Origin: Salinivenus sp.
GTDB lineage: Bacteria; Bacteroidota; Rhodothermia; Rhodothermales; Salinibacteraceae
Reading direction: 5' to 3'
Length of the DNA: 64,000 nt
NCBI GenBank assembly: GCA_018609755.1
Contig: JAHENZ010000260.1
Coordinates: 11,672 to 75,671, forward strand
The translations under genes were made by a program, and so were the position numbers. Under the pieces are notes generated by a model. It was not told where the DNA came from. It ran no database searches and was given only the letters and a program-made list of their open reading frames with translations. This document shows positions 49,005 to 58,270 of this stretch, piece by piece. Within the stretch, counting starts at the first letter, position 1; each line of letters opens with the position of its first letter.

Positions 49005-50807
49005 TTACAACCCCACGGACAGCCCGAAGTGGATTCGTCCATCGGCAGGCGTGGCCACCTCCGGATTGAGTGCGTACGTCGTCGTGATGAGGCCAATGCC
49101 CGTATCGAGCTGGAGGCCGAGCCCATAGCCGGGATGCCAGTCCTGCACGGTCGACGACGTCCCCAGGGCGGGCCGCTCCACGTATCCGAGATCTCCGAAC
49201 GCGTAGAGGTACGACTGGCGATCAAGCTGCAATCGGTACTCCAAGAGCCCCCGCACCGTTACGTTTCCCAAGAACCGATCCTCGTCGTATCCGCGCAGCG
49301 ACGTGGCCCCTCCAAACCGAAACAGGTCACTCCGGGCGTAGGACGGACTCCGCAGGATCGCCCCATCTCCCCCTACGACGATAACCTGCCGGTCAAAAAG
49401 CGGCACGAATGCTCGCACCAGTCCCTCCAGCCGTTCCTGCCGCAGCGACTCGCGTTCCCGAGTCGTATCGCCGCTGGCCGTGATGCGCCGGAGGGTCTGC
49501 TGCTTCTGTCCCTGTTCCGCGTGCATTTCAATCCGGAGCCCGCGACGTGGATTGACGCGTTGATTCAGAGACTCGTACCGCACGCCCAGGCCATAGAAGA
49601 AAATTCGGGACCGGGGAATCCGCTGCCGATCGGCCCGCACCTGCGTCCCGGCCCGGCCCGGATTTACGGCCTCGCGACTGAGACGGCCCGTGAGCTCAAC
49701 GTCCTGGTATAACTCATACCCGACCCGCAAACGATACGTCCGCTCGCCGTACGTCGAATCGCGTTGCTCCCCGCGGAACTGCCCCGTCACACGAAGAGGA
49801 AGCCCGAACAGGTACGGGTCCGACACCGAAAGGTCGAAAATACTCGTTTGGCCGGGCCGCCGATCGAGCGTCAAATCGAACCGACGCGCGCCGCCAAACA
49901 AATTTTCCAACAGGAGGTGACCGCTCCCCACGAGTTGTCCGCCCTCCCGATTGCCCGAAGGCGGTAAGTACCCGAGTACAGCATCGAAGGCTCCCGGAGC
50001 CGCCTCGTCGACCGGAACGTGCAGGATGGCCCCCCCGTCGGCCGTGACGGTGAGTTCGGGAGCTCCGACGGTCTCAAACAGCGGACTCTCCTGCAATCTC
50101 GATTGGAGGAGGTTAGGATCGTAATTCGTAAGCGGAGCCCCAATCCTCACGTCTGCCAGTCGAGCAAGCAGATCCGGGGAGGTCCGTGCATTCTCCGGGA
50201 CCGTGATGCGCTGAAGCCAGAGCGCCGGCCCTTCGTCAATGCGGAGGGTGAGCCGCAGCTGGGGCGTCGTAGTCGTGTCGAGGGCGGTCTCGGTGACACG
50301 AATCTGGGCCAGGGGGCGACCCATCTCTTCGTAGCGGTCCAGCAGGGCCTGGATGTCGGCCTCTAGGCGTCGCGGATGAAGGGGCTCGCCTACGGACGTG
50401 TCCATCAGTCGCCGCACCTCGGACGAATCAAGCGTCTCAGCGCCGCGAATGCGCACTCGTCCCACGTCCACCTTCGGCCCCCGATGGACGTGGACCCACA
50501 CGACCGGGGTAGACGCAGTCATGTCAATCCGTGCGGAGTCGAGTCGAGCGTAGTAGTATCCTTCCCGCCGATAATGATCGACGACCCGCTGTCCGACCAT
50601 GCGAACGCTGTCAAGGGGGGCGGAGGATGGAGGCTCCCCCGGCCACGCCGTTTGCTCCTCATCGACAAGGAGCGTCCAGTCCGACACGGGGGACTCGCCT
50701 GAGGCCGTAGACTGCCCGTAAAGTGGCCCCGTACTGATTCCCCCGATGCCTACGACGAGCAACACCGCGCGGGCCGCTAGGTATAGGACGTGACTATCTG
50801 TATCCAT
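49005..50807 (-). CDS. Omp85 (BamA/TamA) family outer membrane protein
   Basis: POTRA-like segments (..I.GA..L, I.EGP), barrel-start NLFGGA, lid motif FRFGGATSLRGY, C-terminal IHFGLSVGL. Confidence 0.88.
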   Translation of the reverse strand: MDTDSHVLYLAARAVLLVVGIGGISTGPLYGQSTASGESPVSDWTLLVDEEQTAWPGEPPSSAPLDSVRMVGQRVVDHYRREGYYYARLDSARIDMTASTPVVWVHVHRGPKVDVGRVRIRGAETLDSSEVRRLMDTSVGEPLHPRRLEADIQALLDRYEEMGRPLAQIRVTETALDTTTTPQLRLTLRIDEGPALWLQRITVPENARTSPDLLARLADVRIGAPLTNYDPNLLQSRLQESPLFETVGAPELTVTADGGAILHVPVDEAAPGAFDAVLGYLPPSGNREGGQLVGSGHLLLENLFGGARRFDLTLDRRPGQTSIFDLSVSDPYLFGLPLRVTGQFRGEQRDSTYGERTYRLRVGYELYQDVELTGRLSREAVNPGRAGTQVRADRQRIPRSRIFFYGLGVRYESLNQRVNPRRGLRIEMHAEQGQKQQTLRRITASGDTTRERESLRQERLEGLVRAFVPLFDRQVIVVGGDGAILRSPSYARSDLFRFGGATSLRGYDEDRFLGNVTVRGLLEYRLQLDRQSYLYAFGDLGYVERPALGTSSTVQDWHPGYGLGLQLDTGIGLITTTYALNPEVATPADGRIHFGLSVGL

Positions 50808-50827
50808 GTCGGAGTTCCCACACGTCA

Positions 50828-51184
50828 ATGATGCGCCGCCTTCTCTTCAGCCCATTTTTGGCCCTCAGCCTGGTCGGACTCATGGGCCTCTCCCCACTCG
50901 AACCTAGCGCAGAGGCTCGGGTTGCAACGGCGTACCCCCCAGATACCCTCCGGTCCTCCGTCAACGCGGGCACTCCGCTCGTTCTTTCCCTTCCCGCTGA
51001 ACTGGGGAATGCGCCCGTCACGCGGTACTCGGTACTCAAGGGACCGGCTCTCAGCGGGCTCGCCGGCCACTCGTTTACGTGGATTACCCGCAGCACCGAC
51101 CCAGGCACCTACGACGTCCTGCTCCGCGCCACCTACCCCGATGCCGCCCCGGACACTCTGGTCGTTCAAGTCACCATTCAGTAA
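50828..51184 (+). CDS. Small secreted hypothetical protein (Ig-like beta sandwich)
   Basis: Signal peptide ending AEA; FTW.T...DPGTYDVLL.AT pattern. Confidence 0.6.
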   Translation: MMRRLLFSPFLALSLVGLMGLSPLEPSAEARVATAYPPDTLRSSVNAGTPLVLSLPAELGNAPVTRYSVLKGPALSGLAGHSFTWITRSTDPGTYDVLLRATYPDAAPDTLVVQVTIQ

Positions 51185-51323
51185 TGTCTGGGACTTCGGT
51201 TGTCGTCGAGGCGTAAATGCCTCTATCCTCTGTCCGAAGGAGCCATGTCCCGCCGGCGAAGCGGCCCGAGGCGGACGGCTCTGTCTCCCAAGTGTACATC
51301 TTCACACTAATTGACTCTCGTCC

Positions 51324-52442
51324 GTGTCGCTTGAGAATCTTTCCCCCACCGATCGCCAGCACCGCACCTTCCGTGAGGACCTGCTTGACTGGTACCATGA
51401 ACACAAGCGATCCATGCCGTGGCGCGAGACGAACGATCCCTACCGTATCTGGGTCTCGGAGATCATGCTGCAGCAGACCCGCGTCGATACGGTCCGCGAC
51501 TACTACCCTCGCTTCCTGGAGGCCTTCCCCACCGTGGAGGCCCTCGCGGAGGCTGAGCGCGACGAGGTGTTGAAGTACTGGGAAGGCCTCGGCTTCTATG
51601 CTCGGGCCCGTCACCTGCACGAAGCCGCACAAACCGTCGTGGAGGAGCACGACGGCACCGTGCCCGACACGATGGAGACCATCCGCGACCTGAAGGGGAT
51701 TGGCCCGTACACGGCCGCCGCGGTGCTCTCTATCGCCTACGAGCGTCCCCACGCGGTGCTGGACGGCAACGTGACGCGCGTGCTGAGCCGCGTCTTCGCG
51801 GTCGACGAGGACGCCACCACGACGGCCGCCCAGAACGCGCTTCGGGATCTGGCCAACGACCTAATCGACGACGAGCAGCCCGGCGACTTCAACCAAGCGA
51901 TGATGGAGCTTGGCGCGCTCGTCTGTACGCCCAGCACTCCGCTCTGCGACCGCTGCCCGCTCCAGGACGTGTGCCGTGCCCACGAAGCCGGTACGGAGGA
52001 AGACTATCCCATCACGCCGGAATCGGACCCGGTGCCGCACCACGACATTGCCGTGGGCCTCGTCTTCGACGATGACCATCTCCTCATCCAACGCCGGCCG
52101 GACGAGGGACTGCTGGGCGGCCTGTGGGAATTTCCCGGCGGCAAGCAGGAAGACGCTGAATCCCTAGAAACAGCGTGCCGACGGGAATTGAAGGAGGAGC
52201 TCGGCATCGACGTATCCATCGACGACCACTTCTACACGCTCTCCCACGCCTATTCCCACTTCAAAATTACCCTTCACGCCTTCCGGTGCCACATAAGCAG
52301 CGGGACGCCGGAGGCCCGGGAGGAGCAACCCTTCAAGTGGGTCCACGTGAGCGAGCTCGACGACTACGCGTTCCCCCGCGCCAACCGTCGCCTGATCGAA
52401 GAGCTAGAACGCCGCCAGACCGAGCCCTCCCTCTTCGACTGA
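51324..52442 (+). CDS. mutY: A/G-specific adenine glycosylase with C-terminal Nudix domain
   Basis: WVSEIMLQQT, GLGFYARAR, HhH GIGPYTA, DGNV.RV, Fe-S CX6CX2CX5C, GGLWEFPGGK. Confidence 0.97.
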   Translation: MSLENLSPTDRQHRTFREDLLDWYHEHKRSMPWRETNDPYRIWVSEIMLQQTRVDTVRDYYPRFLEAFPTVEALAEAERDEVLKYWEGLGFYARARHLHEAAQTVVEEHDGTVPDTMETIRDLKGIGPYTAAAVLSIAYERPHAVLDGNVTRVLSRVFAVDEDATTTAAQNALRDLANDLIDDEQPGDFNQAMMELGALVCTPSTPLCDRCPLQDVCRAHEAGTEEDYPITPESDPVPHHDIAVGLVFDDDHLLIQRRPDEGLLGGLWEFPGGKQEDAESLETACRRELKEELGIDVSIDDHFYTLSHAYSHFKITLHAFRCHISSGTPEAREEQPFKWVHVSELDDYAFPRANRRLIEELERRQTEPSLFD

Positions 52443-52451
52443 AGTCTCCTC

Positions 52452-52970
52452 CTACTCCAGCACTTCAGCTTCGGCGGTCTGTACGCCCTGTCCCCCTCTC
52501 CCCTCGTCACTACCGAAGATGGCCGCCCCAATGGCGCCCCCGATAGCGCCGAAGATGGCGTAAATGACGATGCCGAACACGAGACCGATGAGGAACGACA
52601 TCGTGCCTCCGGCCCCTCCTCCCTGAAACTGCTCCATCATTTCCGGCGACATGCCTTGCCCCTGCATGTTTTGCATCCATTCCTCCATCATCCCCTGCGT
52701 GATTGTTGTCGAGTCGAGCCCAATCGGCCGCAGCGCCTGATCGAAGATCGATCCGAGAATGGAACCCGCCACTCCGGAGAGTGCCCCCAAAACCGCCCCG
52801 TCTGCTGCCTCAATGCTGGTTCCGCTTCGCATCGTATACTGCTGAACGGTCACCATACTACCGATGATCACGCCGAGACAGCACAGCGTATTGATGAAGC
52901 TGAAATACGAGGCGCTCAACACACCCGTAACGACGGCGCCGATGAGAATAGACTGTTGTCGCGTAGTCAT
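52452..52970 (-). CDS. Hypothetical membrane protein
   Basis: Several TM helices, a CC pair, a Met/Gln-rich loop, and GAIGGAIGA. Confidence 0.7.
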   Translation of the reverse strand: MTTRQQSILIGAVVTGVLSASYFSFINTLCCLGVIIGSMVTVQQYTMRSGTSIEAADGAVLGALSGVAGSILGSIFDQALRPIGLDSTTITQGMMEEWMQNMQGQGMSPEMMEQFQGGGAGGTMSFLIGLVFGIVIYAIFGAIGGAIGAAIFGSDEGRGGQGVQTAEAEVLE

Positions 52971-53117
52971 AGATGTGCTCGGTTCCTTGACGATGAAGAT
53001 GATTGATGGGGCCGCACGGTACAGCCCCGAACCAAAACTAGAGAAGAGTCGCCCCAACTGAAAGGCACCTGGAACGCCCTTCACGGCCCATGCTCATCGG
53101 TCGTGCCCCCGTTATCG

Positions 53118-53585
53118 TCAAGAAGCATTTTCAGTCTGAACGATACGTCGGAGCATCCGGTCGGTGACAAAGCTGGCTGCTATGACCCCAAAGATCATCC
53201 CGGTCGTGGCCCGGCTCACCACACCGTTTCCCCAGAGCCCCAAAATCGGCCCGATCCAGTCGACGCCCATGGGCACTAGACTTCCAAGCAACACGTAGCG
53301 GCCGTACGTCCCCAGGGACCGCCAGAGGGGCTGCCCCCAGCCCACCGTCGCAACACCGATGACCAGCCCCAGATAAATGCCGACACACCGGTCACAGAGG
53401 GCAAGCTGAACGCCTCCGAGATGGGGAGAACGAACCGTCATCTGGTGACACACCGGAGAGAACACGTGCATCACCACCGCTCGCCAGAACGGAGAAAGAA
53501 GCGGAGGAGAAAGAGCTAGGGCAACGACAACAATCGTTGCGCCCAAAAACAGCAACCAGGTCCGACGGCGAGACGAGATGCTCAT
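53118..53585 (-). CDS. DUF2085-like membrane protein
   Basis: CHQM..RS, LCDRCVGIYLG, P.GVDW, RATTG. Confidence 0.85.
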   Translation of the reverse strand: MSISSRRRTWLLFLGATIVVVALALSPPLLSPFWRAVVMHVFSPVCHQMTVRSPHLGGVQLALCDRCVGIYLGLVIGVATVGWGQPLWRSLGTYGRYVLLGSLVPMGVDWIGPILGLWGNGVVSRATTGMIFGVIAASFVTDRMLRRIVQTENAS

Positions 53586-53609
53586 CGGGCGACGACCGTC
53601 TGTCTTGTA

Positions 53610-54410
53610 TCAGGAGTGTTTCCCCACCAGCACGGCGAGACCGAACGCAGCGGCCTGCACGAGGATAATGGCGGCCCCGCTCGGCAAATCGAACGTGTAG
53701 CTGCCCAGAAGGCCCCCGATCGCCGTTACCACCCCGAGCAGCACGGCGAGGACCGTCATTTGCAGAAACGTGCCGGACAGCATCCGGGCCGCTGCGGCGG
53801 GAATCACGAAGAACGCCGCCGCGAGTACGATCCCCACAACCTTCACCGCGGCGACGATGGTCACGGCCAGAAGCACGGACAGCACGTAATCATCCCAGTC
53901 GACGGGCACGCCGTCGGCCCGAGCCAGGTTTCGATCGAACGTCGCGTACGCCCAGCGCCCCCAGAACGGAACGGTGCTTCCAGCGAGCATGGTGATGCCC
54001 CCGAGCACCCAGAGGTCGGCGGTCTGCACGGCGAGGATCGAGCCGAAGAGGTACGCGAACGCGTCGGCCGTGTACGACTGCTTGAACGTAAGGAGGATGA
54101 CGCCCACGGCGATGGAGGCGGCGAAAAAGACGCCGATCGCTGTGTCGCCGCTTACGGAGCTGTGGTGGGTAATCGCCGTAATGCCGAGCGCCACCGCGAC
54201 CGTGAACGGCAAGGCGGTCCAGAGCGGATTGACGCCCCACAACAACCCAAGGGCCACCCCGCCGAACGCCGCGTGCGAGAGCCCCACCCCGAGGAAGCTG
54301 AGCCGCCGCTGGACGACGAAGACGCCGTAGTATCCCGCAAGCGCACTCACGACAATCCCTGCGAGGAACGCTCGCTGCATGAAAGGAAGCGATAGAGCCT
54401 CTGTAAGCAT
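53610..54410 (-). CDS. Metal (Zn/Mn) ABC transporter permease
   Basis: LSHAAFGGVALG, YLFGSILAV, KVVGIVL..A..VIPAAAAR. Confidence 0.93.
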   Translation of the reverse strand: MLTEALSLPFMQRAFLAGIVVSALAGYYGVFVVQRRLSFLGVGLSHAAFGGVALGLLWGVNPLWTALPFTVAVALGITAITHHSSVSGDTAIGVFFAASIAVGVILLTFKQSYTADAFAYLFGSILAVQTADLWVLGGITMLAGSTVPFWGRWAYATFDRNLARADGVPVDWDDYVLSVLLAVTIVAAVKVVGIVLAAAFFVIPAAAARMLSGTFLQMTVLAVLLGVVTAIGGLLGSYTFDLPSGAAIILVQAAAFGLAVLVGKHS

Positions 54411-54419
54411 GAATGACCG

Positions 54420-55208
54420 TTACCCCATGAGCATGGCGTGCGCGTGGCCCGTGTGTCCAAATGCCTCCCGCAATCCCGCGTCGGTTAGGACCTCGTCCGG
54501 AGGTCCAAACCCAACCTGTCGGCCATCAAGTAGGAGAACCAGATCAGCGTGGTGGTACGCCGCGTTCCAGTCGTGCGTGACCATGATAATGGTGGTGTCG
54601 CGCTCGCCCTGATCGGCCTCCAGCACATCGTAGAGGTCCGCAGCGCCGGCCACGTCAATCCCCGTGGCGGGCTCGTCCAGTAGAATGAGACGGGGCTCAC
54701 GAGCGAGACTGCGGGCCAGATAGATTCGCTGCAGCTCCCCCCCAGACAACCCGTCGAGGGAGCGGTCGGCCAGTTCCTCCGCTCCCACCCGGCGGAGGGC
54801 ATCGAGGGCCTGTGTTCGCTCCTCTGTAGAAATTCGGAAGGGCCACCGTTGGTGGACCCCCGTCATCACCAGATCGATGGCGCGGGCGGGAAAGGTCCGA
54901 TCGAGTCGCTTTACCTGCGGCACGTACCCGATGAGGTCCGGGTCGATCTCCGAGGGCGAATGTCCCAGTACCGTCGCACGTCCCGCGTCCGGCCCAACCA
55001 GTCCGAGCAGAACACGGAGCAGCGTCGTCTTTCCTCCCCCATTCGGTCCCACTACCGCCACAAAGCTTCCGTCTTCCACCGTGAAGGTGATACCCTCAAG
55101 CACGGAATGGTCTCCAAACTGTACACTGAGATCAGAGACGGCAACGGACGGCGGAACGGAAGTCACGAGGCGGAAAATGAACGCGTGAACGGTACGGAAA
55201 CAAGTCAT
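54420..55208 (-). CDS. Metal ABC transporter ATP-binding protein
   Basis: GPNGGGKT, GYVPQ, LSGGELQR, LLDEP, VTHD; His-rich tail. True start is probably somewhat downstream of the ORF start. Confidence 0.93.
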   Translation of the reverse strand: MTCFRTVHAFIFRLVTSVPPSVAVSDLSVQFGDHSVLEGITFTVEDGSFVAVVGPNGGGKTTLLRVLLGLVGPDAGRATVLGHSPSEIDPDLIGYVPQVKRLDRTFPARAIDLVMTGVHQRWPFRISTEERTQALDALRRVGAEELADRSLDGLSGGELQRIYLARSLAREPRLILLDEPATGIDVAGAADLYDVLEADQGERDTTIIMVTHDWNAAYHHADLVLLLDGRQVGFGPPDEVLTDAGLREAFGHTGHAHAMLMG

Positions 55209-55334
55209 CTAGTCGTCGAAGCAACGGTGCCCGCCACCGGCTGATCCCTGCGCTCCCTCTAGCCTTCAAGCGTCCCCCAGACTACACAGAGATGCCCAAT
55301 GCCTTCTGCGTGGCGGATTTGACGCGCCCCCCTT

Positions 55335-56237
55335 TCATCGTGAGGGAGCACTCGATTGTTGCGTCAGGGAATCTCGGAGAATGCGGGCATTATCGAGAAG
55401 CAGTGCCCGATACGTGTCTCGTCCCGACGTTCCCCCCAGCGGATCAAGTGGAACCAGAGGCAGCTCGGCCGACTCCGCCACGGCCTGCGCCGCTCGGGGG
55501 GAGAGGTGTTGTTGGGTTAGGATGGCTTTCGCGCCCGAGGCTTCAGCGGTCTGTACGAGAGCCTGCAACTGCCGAGGGGTGGGCTCAGCTCCCGGCCGCG
55601 GCTCCACGACGCCGACGAGCCGAGGCCCGTATCGATCCAGGAAGTAGCGGAAGAATGGCTGTGCAAGGAGCACGGGCACGTCGTGGACGGGCGCCATCAT
55701 CGACTGCAGGCGTGTATCGAGGGCGGCGAGAGCCGTTGCAAACGAGTCAGCATTGGCCCGATAGGTCGAGCAACCCTGGGCATCGAGGGTACAGAGCGTA
55801 TCGGCAAGTACCGGCAAAAGCGCCGTGACCGCCTGCGGATCGGTCCAGAAATGCGGATCGACGGTCTCCCCGTCGAACGTGCGTTGGGTGGCCGGCGGGA
55901 GAAGATTCACGAGCGAGAGACGACGCTCGGCGGACAGATCGGCGGCCCAGCCGTCCAGGTGGTCGGCGCCGTACACGAGCGCCGTCGCATTCGTCGCGGC
56001 CCGGAGGTCGGAGGGGGTCGGGTCGTAGCTGTGCGGAGTGGCCCCTGGCTCCAGCAGCGTTTCGACCGTGCCCCGGCCCTCCACCACCGGGGCCAGCACC
56101 ATGCCGAACGGGGGAATGGTCGTGACGAACCGCGGGCCTTGACTCGACGACGGCGATTCCCCGCCGCACGCCACGAGGACCAGCAAAAGTCCCCCAAGCA
56201 GAGCCCCATTCCGTAGTACACCCATCCTACCAACCAA
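55335..56237 (-). CDS. Metal ABC transporter substrate-binding lipoprotein (ZnuA/TroA family)
   Basis: Lipobox LVAC; GATPHSY, DPHFWTDP, LDPLG. Confidence 0.9.
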   Translation of the reverse strand: MVGRMGVLRNGALLGGLLLVLVACGGESPSSSQGPRFVTTIPPFGMVLAPVVEGRGTVETLLEPGATPHSYDPTPSDLRAATNATALVYGADHLDGWAADLSAERRLSLVNLLPPATQRTFDGETVDPHFWTDPQAVTALLPVLADTLCTLDAQGCSTYRANADSFATALAALDTRLQSMMAPVHDVPVLLAQPFFRYFLDRYGPRLVGVVEPRPGAEPTPRQLQALVQTAEASGAKAILTQQHLSPRAAQAVAESAELPLVPLDPLGGTSGRDTYRALLLDNARILRDSLTQQSSAPSR

Positions 56238-56261
56238 AGCCTCTCAAGGAAAGAATCGTCG

Positions 56262-56927
56262 CTATTTTTTCGGTGACACAACCAGGACCTCTGACGGCAC
56301 GCCCCATCCCCGCACGACCGTACGTTGTACCTCCTCCCAGTGCGCCTCATCGAGAAACGAATCTGTCCGGAGCGGCCGACAGCCGCCCACCCATTCCGGG
56401 CGGATTGCGTGAATGGTCCGCCACAGAGAAGAGATCATTCGACCAAGGACACTCTCCCCTGGGGTCAGCCCTGCAAGACAGAGACGACCCGTTGGAGACA
56501 AAAGTCGATGCGCCTCCGCCAAAAAGTCCCGAATGTCGGCCGCCGAGAGCAAGTCGAGCACGTACGTTGCGACGACCCGATCCTGCGACCCATCCGCTCG
56601 CTCGAAATCGAATCCGCCGTCGGTCAGACACGCCTCCGCCCGCTCGGCAAACGGTTCGAGTCGCGACCGGGCAATCTCCACCATCCTCGGGCTCAGGTCG
56701 ACGCCCACGTAGCGTGCATCCGACGAGCAGTGGTCTCGAAGAAGCCGCTCGGCCAAACGTCCGGTGCCACACCCAACCTCGAAGATCGTGCTCGCCCCCT
56801 GGAAATTCCCTTGCTCAATCAACGCATCCAGGGCGGAATCCTCGTAGAATGCCTGAGTATCCTGCCATTCCCCGATGCGGTTGTATACCCTGCGTGCGTC
56901 GTCTCGGGACAGAAGTCGCCGACCCAT
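56262..56927 (-). CDS. Class I SAM-dependent methyltransferase
   Basis: IFEVGCGTG, GVDLSPRMV, DRVVATYVLD, LLSPTGRL. Confidence 0.9.
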   Translation of the reverse strand: MGRRLLSRDDARRVYNRIGEWQDTQAFYEDSALDALIEQGNFQGASTIFEVGCGTGRLAERLLRDHCSSDARYVGVDLSPRMVEIARSRLEPFAERAEACLTDGGFDFERADGSQDRVVATYVLDLLSAADIRDFLAEAHRLLSPTGRLCLAGLTPGESVLGRMISSLWRTIHAIRPEWVGGCRPLRTDSFLDEAHWEEVQRTVVRGWGVPSEVLVVSPKK

Positions 56928-57010
56928 CACGGGGAGACGTGTAATTCCGGGATCAACGGGATGCGTGAACGGCACCAAGCGACCCACGTCACGATTCACG
57001 CGTCACGTCC

Positions 57011-57598
57011 TCACCGTGCCGGCACCGGCTCATCGCCCTGCGCCACGAGCGGATACTCCGCCTCGATGTCCCCCTCCGTCATCTTGCGGAGGCTTTTGCG
57101 CAGCAGGCGCTTACGGAAGCTGCTGAGATAGTCGGTAAAGAGCACGCCCTCCAGGTGGTCGTATTCGTGCTGCACGACGCGGGCGAGGACACTACCGGTT
57201 TCGAGTTCCTGCTCCTCAAATTCACGATCGAGGTAGCGCACCCGAATCCGCTTCGGACGCGACACCGCTTCACGCACCTCCGGGATGGAGAGACACCCTT
57301 CTTCCATCTCGACCTCGTCGGCCCCTTCTTCCACAATCTCCGGATTGATGAAGACCATCGGCTGTGGGGGCACCGGCTCGTCATCCTCCTCCATCTCCGC
57401 CGCCATCGGCGTCACGTCGACCACGAAGAGACGCTCGTCGCGCCCCACCTGCGGCGCCGCCAGACCGATCCCCGCAGCGTTGTGCATCGTCTCGATCATG
57501 TTGTCGATGAGCTCCTGCAGCGCCTCGGTGTTCTCCTCTACCGGATCGGTCTCTTGACGAAGCGCATCGTGCCCGTAAAGGTGTATCGGCAGTACCAT
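57011..57598 (-). CDS. def: Peptide deformylase
   Basis: GIGLAAPQVG, EGCLS, QHEYDH. Confidence 0.97.
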   Translation of the reverse strand: MVLPIHLYGHDALRQETDPVEENTEALQELIDNMIETMHNAAGIGLAAPQVGRDERLFVVDVTPMAAEMEEDDEPVPPQPMVFINPEIVEEGADEVEMEEGCLSIPEVREAVSRPKRIRVRYLDREFEEQELETGSVLARVVQHEYDHLEGVLFTDYLSSFRKRLLRKSLRKMTEGDIEAEYPLVAQGDEPVPAR

Positions 57599-57760
57599 AG
57601 CGTCAGAGTGCAATCCAAACGGTCGAAGCAACGCACGCACGATCCCCGCAACAACCTTTTTCATGTCGAGAATCGTGTGTCTGATACGCTAACGTGCGAA
57701 GCAAAGGGAGGTGCCCCTACAGATGGAGAGAATTGCCGAATCTTCCTTCACTCTATCCCT

Positions 57761-57799
57761 CCCCCACACTCTTCACGCCCGTGCCCCCACACTCTTCAC
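57761..57799. repeat. Short intergenic direct repeat
   Basis: CCCCCACACTCTTCAC occurs exactly at 57761-57776 and 57784-57799. Confidence 0.7.
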
Positions 57800-57823
57800 C
57801 CCCACGCGCCCACGCTCAAAGCC

Positions 57824-58168
57824 CTACTCCCGCCCGTAGTCGTCCTCCAGCCGAATGATGTCATCCTCCAGGCAGAGTCCCATCTGCGTCTCAATGAAGA
57901 CGAGCGGCTCGTCGCCGTCGTTTTTGATGCGGTGGACGTCTTCAAAGTCGATGAAGCAGGTGTCCCCTTTCGAGACCTCAATCTCCTCGTCGTTGCGCGT
58001 GAAAACGCCCGCGCCCTGTACGATGACCCAGTGCTCTTTTCTGTGCTCGTGTTTCTGTAGGGAGAGGCGCTGGCCCGGATGGACGATAATGCGTTTTACA
58101 CGATAGCCGGGCTCGTTCAAATACTCTTCCCAGCGGCCCCACGGACGATTGTCAGCGTCAAGAAGCAT
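57824..58168 (-). CDS. Stand-alone mannose-6-phosphate isomerase type II C-terminal cupin
   Basis: RPWG, VKRIIVHPGQRLSLQKH.HR.EHW, HRI.N, IETQ.G..L.EDDIIRLEDDYGR. Confidence 0.9.
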   Translation of the reverse strand: MLLDADNRPWGRWEEYLNEPGYRVKRIIVHPGQRLSLQKHEHRKEHWVIVQGAGVFTRNDEEIEVSKGDTCFIDFEDVHRIKNDGDEPLVFIETQMGLCLEDDIIRLEDDYGRE

Positions 58169-58270
58169 GGTGGTTGCGTTGGATGTGCTTTCGCTGATGA
58201 ATGTAGTGCCCCGGAGAATAACGTCTTACGGCGCAAGGCTCAACCGCGGCCCGACCCGTTCTTGGTGAAA

